From Eledone cirrhosa (Eukaryota), in assembly GCA_964016885.1 (NCBI GenBank), contig OZ024742.1, forward strand, positions 255,502,001 to 255,566,000: DNA of 64,000 nucleotides. Reading direction: 5' to 3'. Made by a program: the position numbers and the translations under genes. The number at the start of each line of letters is the position of its first letter. Positions within the stretch are counted from its first letter, which is position 1. Below the pieces are notes generated by a model. That model ran no database searches. It was not told the DNA's origin and saw nothing but the letters and a program-made list of their open reading frames with translations. Shown piece by piece: positions 12,761-27,082 of the stretch.

Positions 12761-12939
12761 TTTCTCACACAAACGTACACACCCAAAGATATATGTAAAC
12801 AATTTGTTCCAATATGATTCTCTAGATCTGAAAGGGTTGAGATAGCGTTCATTCTTGTGTGTGCTATACAATGTCAACCACCAATATACTGGAGGTAAAA
12901 TCACAATCTGCTGAACGAAGTGATCTTAAGCATGTATTA

Positions 12940-13225
12940 GAATGGGTTAATGGTTAAGATGTTTGATTCATTTCGTTGCATCATGAGCAAGTCATTTACC
13001 ATTGCCTCGGTTCGACCCAATTATTGTGAAGTTGTTTGTTTGGAAGCCCAATGGATGGACTGACTGTAACCGTAATTGAAGGAGGTAGCTTTGTCACATA
13101 CTGTATCACATTGAATCTCCTTCAGAATTACGTTATAGGTACACATGTTTGTAGAATGCTCAGCCGCTTATAGGTTAGTTTCACGAGTCGGTTGTTCAGT
13201 TGATCGTAAAACTGGTTCACTTATC
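12940..13225 (+). mobile_element. Old SINE (second family), diverged
   Basis: Homologous to 13697-14000, 16085-16395 and 19090-19430. Confidence 0.55.
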
Positions 13226-13696
13226 GTTGAATTCGACGGAAATCCATTTCAGAAAGAAATCAATAATTGGATTAAATGAAAGAGATTTCTATTCCTGACT
13301 GAAGCCAGATCATTTGGTACGCCTCAAGCAGTTTATAACTTCATGTGATATACATGAAAGTTAAACTTCTTATTCCCTTATTCACTAAATAAAATAAACC
13401 AATTTTCTGGAATAGGTCCAAGAGCGTGATCCAAAAAGCTAAAAGAAAATCTTTTGGCGCTTAAAATCGACGATATGTTTATCGATTCAAACGTGTCTGA
13501 AGGTATAACCAAAGGCATTTTGAGGAATATACTACTACATTATCTCTCTACATAGACAAGGAGGTTGTATCTGTCTTAGGAAAAATTATTTAGTAAGAGC
13601 TGCTAGCAGAACAACTAATCCAAACTCTTATTGCTATACATTGTACTCTCACAAGTAAAATCACACTTCAATTAGACACAACTATATATATATAAC

Positions 13697-14000
13697 TGGC
13701 AATCCGTCAGTTACAACGATGAGTTTTTCAGTTGATAGGATCTGCGGAACACTCTGCTCATAAAATTACACGTTAAGCATTCCAAAGACACGTGTACCAT
13801 TAACGGAATACTATGGAAGATTCAGCGTGACATCATATTAGGAAGCTGGCCGTTTGAATTATATTTACAACTCCTTTTCGTCAGCTGAGTTGACTGGAGC
13901 AACGTGAAATTAAATGTTTTGCTCAAGTATCCAACGCACAAAAGGGAATTGAACTTAGGACCTTAGAAACTTGAGCCATAGAGCACTAAGCCACATGCCT
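13697..14000 (-). mobile_element. Old SINE (second family), near full length
   Basis: tRNA-like head at right end (GTGGCTTAGTG..AGTTCAATTCC); body shared with other copies. Confidence 0.65.
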
Positions 14001-14126
14001 TCACACAAACACATACTCACACATATATGTGTGAGCGTGTGTGTGTGTGTGTGTGTGTGTGCGTATGTGTGAAGACATGTGGCTTAGAGCTGTTTGGCTC
14101 ACCCCAAACACAGACACACGCGCACA

Positions 14127-14164
<38 letters not shown>

Positions 14165-14171
14165 CACACAC

Positions 14172-14224
<53 letters not shown>

Positions 14225-14235
14225 CAACTTTACAG

Positions 14236-15392
14236 TGTTGGGGCTGATGTGCTTGGTATTAACAAGACAGAACACAGAGACTGGTTTGATGATAATAATG
14301 CTGCAATCACTAAGCTCATTGAAAAGAAGCACTAGCTGTATGAGAAGTGCCTTGTTGAGGAGGGTCCAATGAAGACAACTTCTGAGAAAGCTCCCAAAGA
14401 AACAAAATCAAAACTGGAAAGTAAAACACGGAAGATAAAAAATAACAGGTGGTCTGAAGTTTCAGCAGAGATGCAGAGGGCTTATAACTGCAGCGACGTG
14501 AAGGCGTTATATTGCACAATAAGGCAAGTGTTTGGTCCACAGACCTCAAAAGTGGCACCAATCAAGTTAAAAAACGGGAACGTCCTCATCAAAGATCCAG
14601 CAGAAATCATGAGTCGGTGGACTGAACACTTTAAAGATCTGTTTGACAACCCATCTGTAGTTGATGAAGAAATTATTTATGGACTGTTGCAAAGGATACT
14701 GAAACAGATGTTGAATTATTCAACATTTGATGAGATAAGGTCAACTACCAAAGAGTTAAACATAGGGATAGCTCCAGATTTGGATGGAATACCTGTTGAG
14801 CTGATCCGCTTTGGAGGAGACAATGTTGAAATGGTCATTTATGGGCTAGTCTTATCTGTATGTCATGGTGAGACTGTCCCGCAAGACTGGGTAGAAGCAA
14901 TTTTGCTCTTGATTTATAAAGGCAAGGACACCAAGTCGGAATGCGGGAATTATCATTATATAAGTGGCACAAGTGTTATCCAAGGTCTTGCTGAATCGTA
15001 TAATAAAATGGATTTGCCCTGGTGTCATCTCTGAGACTCTGTGTGGATTCAGAGTTGGGTGGGGCACTATGGGCGTGATTTTTCCAGCTTATCGGCTTAT
15101 GGAGAAGTGTGTTGTGCAGCAAGTGCTACTATATCAAGAACTTGTGGATCTTACCAAAGCCTTCGACACAGTTAATCATAGTGCATTGTGGGTCATATTG
15201 GGGATACTTGGATGCCCTCATGTGTTTGTTGGAATATTCAAAAAGCTCCACCAAGATATGAAAGCAAAAGTGAACTTCAATGGGACACTTTCAGAGCCAA
15301 TTTAAGTGAAAAAGGGTGTCAAGAAAGGTGACATAACTGCATCCACTCTGTTCTCCAACTGCTTTGTTGTGCTGTTGATATATGCCTTCCAA
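14236..15392 (+). mobile_element. Decayed RTE-clade LINE fragment (tether + N-terminal RT)
   Basis: DWFDDN, RWTEHFKDLF, APDLDGIPVEL, VPQDW, IYKGK..CGNY, CGFR, DLTKAFDTVN, GVKKG; stops and frameshifts. Confidence 0.9.
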
Positions 15393-15474
15393 GTAAGTAT
15401 GTATGTAAAACTAAAATGCCGAAACTGTTTTCTTAAATTCTCGTAAAAAAATTTATGGAAAGTGGATTGTTTGA

Positions 15475-15586
<112 letters not shown>

Positions 15587-15926
15587 ATGTGTGTGTGTGA
15601 AGGTGTGTGACGTATGAATAAAACATTTAAAGTGTCATATTGGTGGTTGTTTCTAATTCTACTGTGGAATTTCCACTTGGTCAGCTCGTTTTGTATTAAA
15701 ACACGGACAACAGTTTCACCTGAATAAAGTATGTAACATTCCCACTCTTAAGATTCTGCAATTTCAACACGTTATTCGAGTTCGGTGTAATTTATTTCAT
15801 AATGTAAAAGGGCGTAACAAATACCACAGGGTATTTTGTTCGATACTAACGATTCCTACTCCTCCCCCTCCTCCCCCGTTCTCCTCCTCCTCCTCCTCCT
15901 TCTTCTTCTTCTTCTTCTTCTTCTTC

Positions 15927-15975
<49 letters not shown>

Positions 15976-16084
15976 TCTTCTTTTTCCTCTTCCTCTTCCC
16001 CCTTCTCCTCCTACACCCCATCATCCTCATTATCACCATGACCATCTCGTATGCATTAGCGATATCACAAAATCATGGACGTAG

Positions 16085-16395
16085 ATTGGCTTAATGGTTA
16101 AGAAGTTTATTTCGCAATCATTCGCTCTCTACTTCGATTGTACTGCATGGTATCTTGTGCAGGGGTCATTTACAATATGTACGTGTCAACCCATGGCATG
16201 TCAAGGGAATATTGTAGACGCAAATTATTTGGAAACCTGGCGAATGGTCTGTAGCCGTAATTCAATGCAACAGACTTGTTACACCTATAACGCTGAATCT
16301 CAGTGAGCATGTTCAAACAGATACACGTTAATTTCACGGGCAAGCTTTTCCATTGACCGAACACCTAGAACATTAATCGTTGAAACCCACAGAGG
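16085..16395 (+). mobile_element. Old SINE (second family), diverged
   Basis: TGGCTTAATGGTTAAG head; body similar to 19090-19430. Confidence 0.55.
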
Positions 16396-16459
16396 CTTAT
16401 CTTATCCCTAACTGCAGGATTTGTACTAAAGGCCGTATGTTGGGGTCATATAGCATATG

Positions 16460-16912
16460 TTTGTATATACACAATGTCTCCCTGCATGTATATATATATT
16501 ACACTTAACAATTAACCTAGGCTACACATCTCACTGTGTGTATATGTGTTATACATAACATTCATTTAGGCTATACAATGTCTTATTGTGTATGTATATG
16601 TATTATACATAAAATTGATCAAGGCTACACAACGTCTCGCTGTATTAAACATAACATTGGCCTAGGCTATGCAATGCCTTACTGTGTGTACATATTTATT
16701 ATACAAAACAATTGACATGGGATATACAACATCTTGCTGTATGCGTATATTCATTATACATAACAAGTGACAAGGGCTATACAACAGCTTGCTGTGTGTA
16801 TATATTTGTTTTACATAAAAACTGTCATGAGTTATGCAACAACAGATATATATCTATATATTAGTTTCGTTGAGGGTTTATATGTATTATACAGTTGACA
16901 AGGGTTATACAA
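16460..16912. repeat. Degenerate ~57-bp minisatellite, ~8 units
   Basis: Recurring TATTATACATAACA..GGCTA(T/C)ACAA..CTGTGTGTA. Confidence 0.8.
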
Positions 16913-17854
16913 GGCAAACAAATAAAACAATAATGATATAATGTTATTATTGTTTTGATTTCTTGTTCTTTTAAGACATCATTGAATGAGATCATATCGA
17001 CATAGACTGCATGATACGGGCAATAACACATTTTGATATAAGAATGAAAAAAAAAGAAAGATTTTTGCCGATCTGCAGAAGTTTAAAAGTTTAGGTCTCA
17101 ATGGGGTAAGTGCGAGTATATTATATTGTTGTTCTATAAAAGCAATATGGTTTGAGGCAACATCGGCGTCAATATCCATTCTCTTGGCTCTCAGATAGTT
17201 ATCTTAACTCCATTTCTTTTTATGTGATTTGACTGGTGACTTGCACAGTACAGTAGTGCACAACGTACACCAACACCCGACACACAATATAAATGTTACA
17301 CAGACACACAGCACAGTATATATATAAATGTAACGCATTTACAAATATATAACAAATAAACACAGATACAACAGATACACGACGCTCAATATTTACGTTA
17401 CACACACAAAATAAATGTTATGCATAAATGCACACATGCATACATGCAAATTGCACACACACACACACACACATTTGTACACGCAAATATGCTTGAATAA
17501 GGCTAACGCCATGTTGTATTTCAGGAAGTGTTAGATATATATAGTTTTATTTACTTGAGTGCCAGAAAGTTAAACTGTGAAACCAAATAATACCTTATAA
17601 CATTTAGTTTCCTTACTATCATTTTAAATCCCGCCAGATTAAGGTAAACATTGTTATTTATTCCAACAAAAAAATCGATGTTATATTTGGATCGATACAA
17701 TTGACCATTTTTCTACTCAAAGAGTTCCATGCACTGCAAAAAAGGAAAGAGCTGACAATGTTAATACCCTGCCGTAGCACACCCAACACATCTAAAATCG
17801 AAGCTGAAACGAAATTTACAGTTCACACCTATGTACGTTTATCTGTACCGCATA

Positions 17855-18412
17855 AGTGATTTCTTGGGTGCTTTAATGACAGAGTCCCAGATCTATGGTG
17901 TTGTTGGCGTTACAGTTTACACTTATGCAAATTTCGCTGCTCTCCACGAGGTTGCTCCTCATAAAGGGTTTCTTTGGTGCTTTAATGACAGAGGCCCCAG
18001 TTCAATGATGTTGTTGGCGCTACAGTTGACACTTATGTAAATGTAGCAAACCTCCTACGAGCTTGCCCCTCATAAAGGGTTTCTTTGGTGCTTTAATGAC
18101 AGAGGGCCCAGTTCGTTCATGATGTTGGCATTATAGTTCAGACATATGAGAGTTTAGCTGCCTTCCTAAATGGTTGCTCCTCATACGGAGATTCTTGGGT
18201 TTTTTATGACAGGGTCCCCAGTTCTATTATGTTGTTTTTGGCGTTACAGTTCATACTTATGTAAGTTTAGCTGCCCTCCTACGAAGTTGCTCCTGGCAGG
18301 AGGTAGGTTTCTTGGGCGTTTTAATGATAGGGGCTGCAGACCTATCATATTCCTTTCGTTACAGTTCACACTTTTTTAGTCCTAGCCTCCTACTGGGTTG
18401 TTTCTCTTGGGT
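17855..18412. repeat. ~110-bp tandem repeat, ~5 diverged units
   Basis: GTGCTTTAATGACAG at ~17868, 17977 and 18088, with variants at ~18198 and ~18316. Confidence 0.88.
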
Positions 18413-18721
18413 ACGTTTATATCATATGAATGAATACTAACGCGAAATTAAGAGTATTACTCAAGAACAAAAGACGCCATCCGATCCAGCTTTTAAACTC
18501 TCGGTTTTATGGTTTTGATCCTCACGCTCTAACTTCCAAGCCATGTACATTCACCTCTGCTGTTCAAGTTAGACGAATGAACTTTTCAGAGTTCAGAAAA
18601 GTCTTGTTCGTTCATGGCCATCACCGGTCGCAGCTTGTACACTACACAACCCTCAACATCTCTACTATACCAAATATGATCTATGAAAATTCTTGATCAT
18701 TTTCAAAATTATTTGAATATC

Positions 18722-18995
18722 ATAAGCAGTGTCGTTCATTAGAAATATGGTCAAGAAAGAATTAAACAGACAAAGCTTTTCTTTATAAATATGGTAATCA
18801 ATGGGCTACACATAGGCAACAGTGTCTTTGTTTGGAAATATGGTAACCAAAGGGTTAAAGATAAGCAGTGTCTTTGTTTAGAAATATGGTAATGAATGGG
18901 TTAAACATAGGCAGCGTCTTTGTTTAAAAATATGATAACCAAATGGTTAAACATAGACAGTACCTTTCTTTAGAAATATGGTAATGAAAGTGTTA
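18722..18995. repeat. ~46-bp minisatellite, ~6 units
   Basis: Recurring CAGTGTCTTTGTTTAGAAATATGGTAA..GGGTTAAACATAG. Confidence 0.85.
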
Positions 18996-19018
18996 ATACG
19001 CAATAATATAACATGAGT

Positions 19019-19089
<71 letters not shown>

Positions 19090-19430
19090 GGCGCAATATG
19101 GTCAAATGGTTAAGATGTTCGCGTTGCAATCTTTAGGTCCCATCTTCGATCCCACTGCACGGGTATCAATTACCATAGTCTCGAGCAGACCCTTGCCTTG
19201 AGTGTAAAATTGTGTAGACGGAAACTAATGGTAGACCCATCAGACTGACTGTACCTGTAATTCAATGGGCCAGCAATAGCACTCACTGTGCAACGTAGAA
19301 TCTCCCTGAGAATTATATTAAAGGTACACATGTCTCTGGAATGCTGGGCGACTTAAGCATTAATTACACAAACAAGCTGTTCCATTGACTGAAAAACTAG
19401 AACACTCATTGTCGAAACCGACGGTGGTCA
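19090..19430 (+). mobile_element. Old SINE (second family)
   Basis: tRNA-like head and shared body (AATCTCCCTGAGAATTA..GGTACACATGTCT). Confidence 0.6.
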
Positions 19431-19509
19431 ATTTCGTGACCACACGAGCTTGTGTGTGGAGGGTAATTACGAATAACTCTTCAATTTATCATTATTTTTG
19501 TTGGTGATT

Positions 19510-19770
19510 TCCCGTCTGTTCCGATGACGAGTGTCTGAACAATGGAACAGCAAGCGAAAGTAATTAACGGAAAAGTGGCTGAGCATTACACAAAAGGAGA
19601 TTTAGTGTGGCACTCTGTGAGAAAATGGTAGCCCTTTGAATTCTAAGTTTTGTCAGCTGACTGAACTGGGGAAACATGAAATAAAGTGTTTAGCTCAAGG
19701 GCACATTGCGTCGATGCAAATTGAACTCACAACCTCATGATCATGCCGTCACGCGTCATCACTAATGCTT
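19510..19770 (-). mobile_element. Old SINE (second family), tail-to-tail with the previous copy
   Basis: Similar to 13697-14000 (CAGCTGACTGAACTGG..GCTCAAGG..ATTGAACTC). Confidence 0.55.
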
Positions 19771-19994
19771 TTGTCTACAATCCAATCGCCTTTTAATAAA
19801 TTTAGTAAATGTCAAAGGTCAGTCAGAGGAGTTACTGAAGGAATCTTCAAAATCAGTTTTTAAAAATACTTCATTCATTCATCGATTCATCGATTCATCG
19901 ATTTTTATTTTTATGATTATTTGTCACAATTCATTATTGCAATGCTGGATTACAAATAATAAACAAATTAATGCGCGTTAAAGAAAGAAAGAAA

Positions 19995-20107
<113 letters not shown>

Positions 20108-20691
20108 TGACTGAGAAAGACAATAAGAAAAAGTGAGTGAGAGATCATGCAAAAAAGAGGGCGAGAAATAGAAAGAGAGACACCGGATGTGATAAAGATA
20201 AGAAGATTCTAGGATAATATATAATTACAATAAAAATGATTAATTGTAAAGAGATAGAAAAACAAGTTTAAAAAAATGGAATTTTTTGTCGCTGAATTTG
20301 AAAAATAAAACTATCAAGATTGTAGAAAAGTCATTGAAATGGTATCTGTGGGGCGGGGAAATGATAGCCCCCCTCTGCCACCTCTGTCCTTTTAATTATT
20401 ACTATTATCATTGACAATATCATGTTTTAGGACTGCTGAAAAATTTCGATTTCTTCCATTTAATTCGCCATCTTGATTTACAGCAGCATAACAAAAGAAT
20501 AAACGAAACAGAAGAGAACATCATCCAACACCAGAGAAAAAAACAAACAAACACACGCACACAAAAAAACCCCGTAAAAGCACTGTGATGTTTTTAAAGA
20601 TGCCATGTATTACATTCGAAATAGATTGTCAAGTCAAATATAATACAACTGACAAGATATCATGTCAGGTTTTAAACACATTAAATCTTAA

Positions 20692-21203
20692 TGTCCTGTA
20701 CCACAAGAAACTACATTAGCAAGACATTTTGGGATGGTATGACGGCATCACTATGAGGGCATCACATTGAAAAATAAAATATTTTCTTTAATGCCGCAAC
20801 AATCTATCCAATAATAAATATACTATAAACATTTGAATTTATGAACTACATGAAACAGCATTTTGAAGGCACATCATAAAAAAGGTAAAGTATTTTCTCT
20901 AAGACTGCATATCTTTCACAAAAAAGCTGTCGTGCATTAAATATACTATAAATATTGGAATTAACAAACTACGTGAAAATGTATTAGCAAGACATCATTG
21001 GAAATATAAAACAGCACAATGAATGCACAATGAATGCACAATGAATGCGTCATACCTTTTCTCTTTGTAAATTTTCATTGCTTTTGTAAATTTTCTTTGC
21101 CTTTGTATATTTTCACAAGGATCTGTCCACTATTAAAAATGGTATAAATATTTGAATTAATAAACCTGATTTTAGACATTTTCTGCTAAATTATTACAGG
21201 ATG
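20692..21203. mobile_element. MITE-like element, internally expanded relative of 7810-8026
   Basis: TTAA|TGTCCTGTA...TACAGGATG|TTGA; repeated internal module TACTATAAA(C/T)ATTTGAATT..ACTAC. Confidence 0.5.
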
Positions 21204-21366
21204 TTGATGTTCCCAATCCGACCTCTAGAGAACAGAAACAAATTGACATGTCTTGAATATATTCAACTAGAACTCGGGAAAGTTTCATTACGCATTGCTG
21301 ATGCGTGGTTTGTGTATTATGTGCAGGATATCAATTTATCTATGATAGCTCATTGAAATACCAATT

Positions 21367-21520
21367 GGGTTTAAAGTTTAAAAATGCATTATCAAGGCAG
21401 TAGTAACCCAATGAGAGACTTAAAATATCGAGAGATTGGAGATCCAAACAAGCAAGTCAATCTGATGGATTTTTAAAGTCTCTTATAGGGTTACTTCCTT
21501 GATAATGGGTTTTTAAACCC
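21367..21520. other. Long imperfect hairpin in otherwise unique sequence
   Basis: Pairs: GTTTAAAAA/TTTTTAAAC, CATTATCAAGG/CCTTGATAATG, AGTAACCC/GGGTTACT, GAGACTTTAAAA/TTTTAAAGTCTC, AGATTG/CAATCT. Confidence 0.75.
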
Positions 21521-23254
21521 GAAAATATTTGGGATCGTTAAATTTGCTAAGGTAAGATTATTTTGTTATCTTGACAATTTAGCATTCTCCCTAATGCATC
21601 GTTTGGCTTTCAACATTTAAATTTGTGTTTCCTATTCAACAATGCTTCAAGCAAGCTACAAAACTCTGTTTTATATATATATATGGCGTTTCTCGAAACG
21701 TAACAGCCTCCTGTATTGAACTAAAGAACACCAGACTACGATCTCTAACTGGATTGTCGTGGATTATGTGAAGGGCATATAATCGAAAAATACACTCCCC
21801 TGACCATGAAAATGCCGAAGTACATGAAATACTTGACATCCCTTCGCTGTGCATCTCCAATACTTTTAACACTTTTAATGCTTGCACTATTTTTAATGCT
21901 TATAATATTTCTCCACACACAGACTTCAATCATATAAAGAATATGCCACCAGATCTACCAACCTAACACTCTTGTTTACCTACCTAAGTGCCTCTACCAC
22001 ACATATCGCTCTGCCACACTATATAAACAAGACGCACATGCGTGCCACACATATAACATTTGCACTATAAAACCGCTTATCTTCATGTTGTATTTTAACC
22101 TGTATTTTTGATTTTTGATTGTACCTCTTAATATAAATGTAATCTCGAAGTGTGTACTGCCACTCTAAATTCTGTAATGAATGTTGACCCACAATGTTTG
22201 AATATGTATCAATGTTTGAATATGTATCGGTATGTCTCTCGGCTGAAAAGGAGGTCATATAACTGTCCATGCATTAATAAATTGCTCCGAAGAATCCAAA
22301 CCTCGGTTTGGAGGGAACAGCTGTAAGCACAATAATGTTTTGAACAGTTCTTTGATTCTTATATTTCATATAACTGCTCTGTAAATCATCTGATGTTTTT
22401 ACATTGAGCTACTTAACTTACTGGTAATAAGGTAGTAATACATTACTGCCTACCACTATTTAGGGTGTGTGTAAAATACTTATAACTGCATAAGGTTTTG
22501 TATTTACATAACCATAAATAGTATAACTAATACTATATATATATATATAAATATATATATATATGCATATATTGTAAAGTTTTATCATCGTCTCTCCTGC
22601 TTGGATCCAATCAAAAATACGCTACTATATAGTATCTGATGTGCTACATTAATTTTTGATCTACTATATATTTATATGTTTATCATATTATATATTTATC
22701 ATCATCTATATATTTATATGTCATACATGAGTTTTACTAAGAACTAAATTTAATGGTACACGTCTCTATTGCAATGCCCTGTCAGTTGCATATTAATTTC
22801 ACGAGCAAATTGTTCCGTTGAACGAATCAATTGCAACATTGTTGTCAAAACCTTCGGAGGTCGAACACACATTATCTATTTAAAGGCCCCAATCAATTAT
22901 ATTAATACATTAACATCTAAAATCTATGACTGATTTACAGAAGCCAAGCTTTTCTTACAATGGGTGAAAGCAGTTGCTGCATCAATAATACCCAAGTATG
23001 TGCATATCAAATTAATAAGTTGACTCGATATTGGTATGTGAACGTAAATTAAAGGCTTCTTATATCACAAGAGAAATGCTAAGATGCCAATGCTCGGCTC
23101 TCCTTTGATGGAATCAAGCATATAGCGTTAAATATATCCTTTGATACGACGCTAATCTATTATAACTACAATTTCTTCAGGAATGGTTACAACTTCGTTA
23201 CGATTTAAGCAATACAAAATAAAGTGGACTGCTCGAAAGTGTACGACTTCCCTC

Positions 23255-23460
23255 ACTTACGTCGATGAGTTATCCAGTTGTACAAACAATGAAACAGTCA
23301 GCTAGAGAAACGAACGTGCCAGTGACTGAACAGTCCACGGATATGTGTCCGCTTTGAATTACAGGTAAAACTCATTTTTACCAGCTGAGTGAACTGGAAC
23401 AATGTGAAATAATTGACACAACATGCTGTGGGGAATCGAACACACAAGCTTTCCATCTTT
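23255..23460 (-). mobile_element. Old SINE (second family), deleted copy
   Basis: CCAGCTGAGTGAACTGGAACAATGTGAAAT..GGGAATCGAAC. Confidence 0.5.
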
Positions 23461-23938
23461 AACAGAGGGGTATAATTTCTAAACTAAGCAACTTTAATGT
23501 GCAATTTATACAGAAACAAAAAGAACGTTGTTGAAGCAAAACAAAATCACACACACATAAAGGTAGATACAAACGAACGCCTTTACATACTCCTCATACA
23601 CACTTAAATATATACACATATAAAAATAAATATTCCGCCCGTTGTAATACCAAAATATTCACAGTCACACACAAAATAGCAAACACACACACACACACAC
23701 ACAGACACACACACACACACATACGCATACACACATATATATACAAACACAGAACACAGCACGATAATATATACATACATATCTATATGTATATATATAT
23801 TCATATATATGTATATATATATATATATATGCGTACCCACACACACACATACACACACACATACACACATACACACATACACACATACACGCATACACAC
23901 ATACATATAAATAAATATATTTGTGTGTGTGTAATTAT

Positions 23939-23981
<43 letters not shown>

Positions 23982-24963
23982 CATGAGAATGCAGTTACAA
24001 AATTAATTATATAGAGAATAAATAGAACATCAAAGGGATAGCCTATTAATTGTGAAAATATAGTAACTCTCAGTAAATAAGCGTTCACACACACACACCA
24101 AAGCACACATGCAAAAAGAGATACACATATACCCGCTAGCATTCATAGTGAGGATATAGTTGTTAGTATTTACAATACACATACATACACACCCACCCAC
24201 AAACACACACTTGCACACACACACACACACATATATGCATATATACATTCATGTCTGTCCTGACTTCCTTTAACGCATGCGCAATGTTATACGATATATA
24301 ATCGACACTAGACAACAGCTTATGTGCAGCGGCAAAATTACGCCATTTTCCAGTGTTTACATTTATACATTGTCTTTCACTTGGAAACCTTTCTGTCGCA
24401 TTCTGTCTGTCTATCTTTATAGAATCTAATCATTATTGCAATATAAATGGTGAAAAGCAAACATGCTTAAATACTTACGAAGGTGGATTTTCTAAATGGT
24501 GTCAGACGTTAATTCACTGACCGTTGTCTAAAGGATGTACGGAATTATAATAGATATATTCTTTAAAAGACTGGAAAGTCAAAGCCGAGATGAATAATCA
24601 AAGTCATTCCCGTTAGACATGTTTCAAATATCACACAATTGATGTTTAAAATGAAGATAGCACTAACTAACCAACGGACCTACCACCCTCCACTAACACC
24701 ACTAACCCTTCCCCATCTCACCGGATAACTACCTTCGCTCCCTATCACCTATACAGACACACCCAGTACTCCCTTTTACTAACAACCTCTACTACAGCCT
24801 TCCCCTCGGACTTACTACACACACAAACACACGCTACGATCAAAGCTCCCTTTCAAATCGCTTTCATTCTGCTTGCGCCACCACCCCTACCCCACTTCAG
24901 CCCTGACCAAAACATTTCTGGACATCGTACACCTCACTGGACCGGATTATACGGGTATATTCC

Positions 24964-25038
<75 letters not shown>

Positions 25039-25603
25039 TCACCCGCACACACGTGCACAGAAAATATTTCCGCTACTGACAATATACATAACTACAGTGC
25101 TCAAGCGGATACAAACATACACACACGCAGTCATCTGACACACAAGGGAAAATACACACACACAAACGTAGACAATCCCTTATCCGAGACACACGCAAAA
25201 ATACACACTCACATGCATAGAAACGATAAAAAAGTGACATTCGCACAGACACACACACACACACACACACTACATACCCAAACATAAAAACACACACGCA
25301 CATCAAAGTTTCCCCCTACAGATAATACAAAATAACCAACATACACACACCCATCCATCACACACTTGACAATACACACACAATCGTACACACTCATATA
25401 CATAGAAATAATAGGAAAAAGTCACATGCACGCACTCATCCGACAATAAACACATACACACAATCGTACGCAATCATGTACATAGAAACTATAAAAATAC
25501 CCCATACATACACACGCAAACACACACACGCACAGAAAACAAAGAACTCACGAACTAACACACATAAACATCACTATCATAGTGATGTTTATGATAATGA
25601 TAA

Positions 25604-25899
25604 TAATTGCTTCTACTTTTGACACAAGGTCAGCAATTACCCTGTGCATTACTGCTACTTTATTTTATCGACAATAATAATAATTATTATTATTGATAGT
25701 ATCGGTACAGCATCGGACACCTTGCTTTGCAGCAGAGAGTTACGGCCCTTTATGTTTTGAGTTCATATCCCACCGAGGTTAGCTTTGCCTTTCATCCTTA
25801 CGGAGTCGATAAATAAAGCACCAGTAACGCACTTGGGTCGATTTAATCGTTTCCCCTCTCCGTCAAATTGCTGGCCTTGTGCCTAAAGTAGAAACAAAT
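25604..25899. mobile_element. Meta-SINE 3' fragment (-, 25604-25672) plus Meta-SINE (+, ~25693-25899)
   Basis: Matches the SINE family consensus. Confidence 0.8.
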
Positions 25900-26511
25900 A
25901 GTATTTTATTTGTTGTTGTTATTATTCGGACGTAGGAGGAAACAAAACGTCTAACTACACACAAACACACACACATACATGCACACACATATATATATAC
26001 ACATACATAACAAAATTCCTGTACTCTTGAATTTTTGGATTGCCACAAAAATAATACCTCCTTTCCTTGACTATTGAACACACGAAAAATAGTCATGGAA
26101 TGCTACTGTCCACATTCATTAAAACATGACACTCCTGTTTTTTAGCACGAAAGTATCACAAAATTCGGTGCCTAATGATGCGATCAACATCACCTATCGA
26201 ATTATAATTTAAACTTGGCCCACCTTACTGCATAAAATTGAAAGAACCGTAACACTCCCAATTTTTGGCGCGAAAGTACCAACAAATTCCTCAACTCATC
26301 TAATTGTACTTCAAACATATAGCAATACACATCTCTTTTTATTTTTGGAAAAAACTGAAAGAAATTTCCAACATCAGTCAGATGCGAGAGACAAGTCAGC
26401 ATAGCTATACATCTCTTCATCTCTGTTAGATTTTGAAAATCATGAAACTTGTGCAACCGGTAAAGTTAAAAGCTATTGTAAAGACACCAATTGCATTTTC
26501 AAATTATTTTT

Positions 26512-26549
<38 letters not shown>

Positions 26550-26551
<2 letters not shown>

Positions 26552-26732
26552 AGGAACTGTGGTAAGGAACCAGATGGATCATAACGCACCAGAGTACTCA
26601 ATACTTAGGGTAGTAGAGTGGGTAATATGAAAATGTTGAACCCCGACGGCAGAGCTCAAGCCGTTTCGACGGCTATTTCTGGAGTCCAGAAAACGGCTTG
26701 AGCTCTGCCGTTGGGGTTAAACATTTTCATAT
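26550..26732 (-). mobile_element. Mini fold-back insertion of the 62399 Naiad family (tail + hairpin)
   Basis: Tail 26550-26625; arms GAAAATGTTGAACCCCGACGGCAGAGCTCAAGCCGTTT / AAACGGCTTGAGCTCTGCCGTTGGGGTTAAACATTTTC. Confidence 0.8.
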
Positions 26733-26917
26733 ATATATATATAATTGAATATACAAGGGAGATGAACACTAATATAAACATACATGTGTTCGAATCGTAA
26801 GGACCAAGTTTGCTAGGGTGAAAAAATACTAACTACAGCAATATGGTTTGCCAGACTTAATTTAAAGTACTAAATTAAGAAAAATAATAACAAACCTATA
26901 TTGGGCAACTGCCTGAA

Positions 26918-27000
26918 AACACCTAGACAGTTATGGAAACTGTTTTGCAAAATCATATTAAGCGAAGTCATCACCATTTCTCTGCTCATCAGTAGGTGTT
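26918..27000 (-). ncRNA. Type I hammerhead ribozyme (8-bp stem I; GAAA mutated to AAAA)
   Basis: Reverse complement: AACACCTA-CTGATGA-GCAGAG..TTTTGC-AAAA-CAGTT.tccat.AACTG-TC-TAGGTGTT. Confidence 0.7.
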
Positions 27001-27009
27001 GAGAATTTA

Positions 27010-27082
27010 CTACTGATGAGCAGAGAAATGGTGATGACTTCGCTTAATATGATTTTGCGAAACAGTTTCCATAACTGTCTAG
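27010..27082 (+). ncRNA. Type I hammerhead ribozyme (intact core, stem I truncated to 3 bp)
   Basis: CTA-CTGATGA(27013)-GCAGAG..TTTTGC-GAAA(27059)-CAGTT/AACTG stem III-GTC(27077-79)-TAG. Confidence 0.8.

Noticed and set aside
16460-18995. CRISPR-like arrays
   Set aside because: Whole units are repeated with no unique spacers; eukaryotic context
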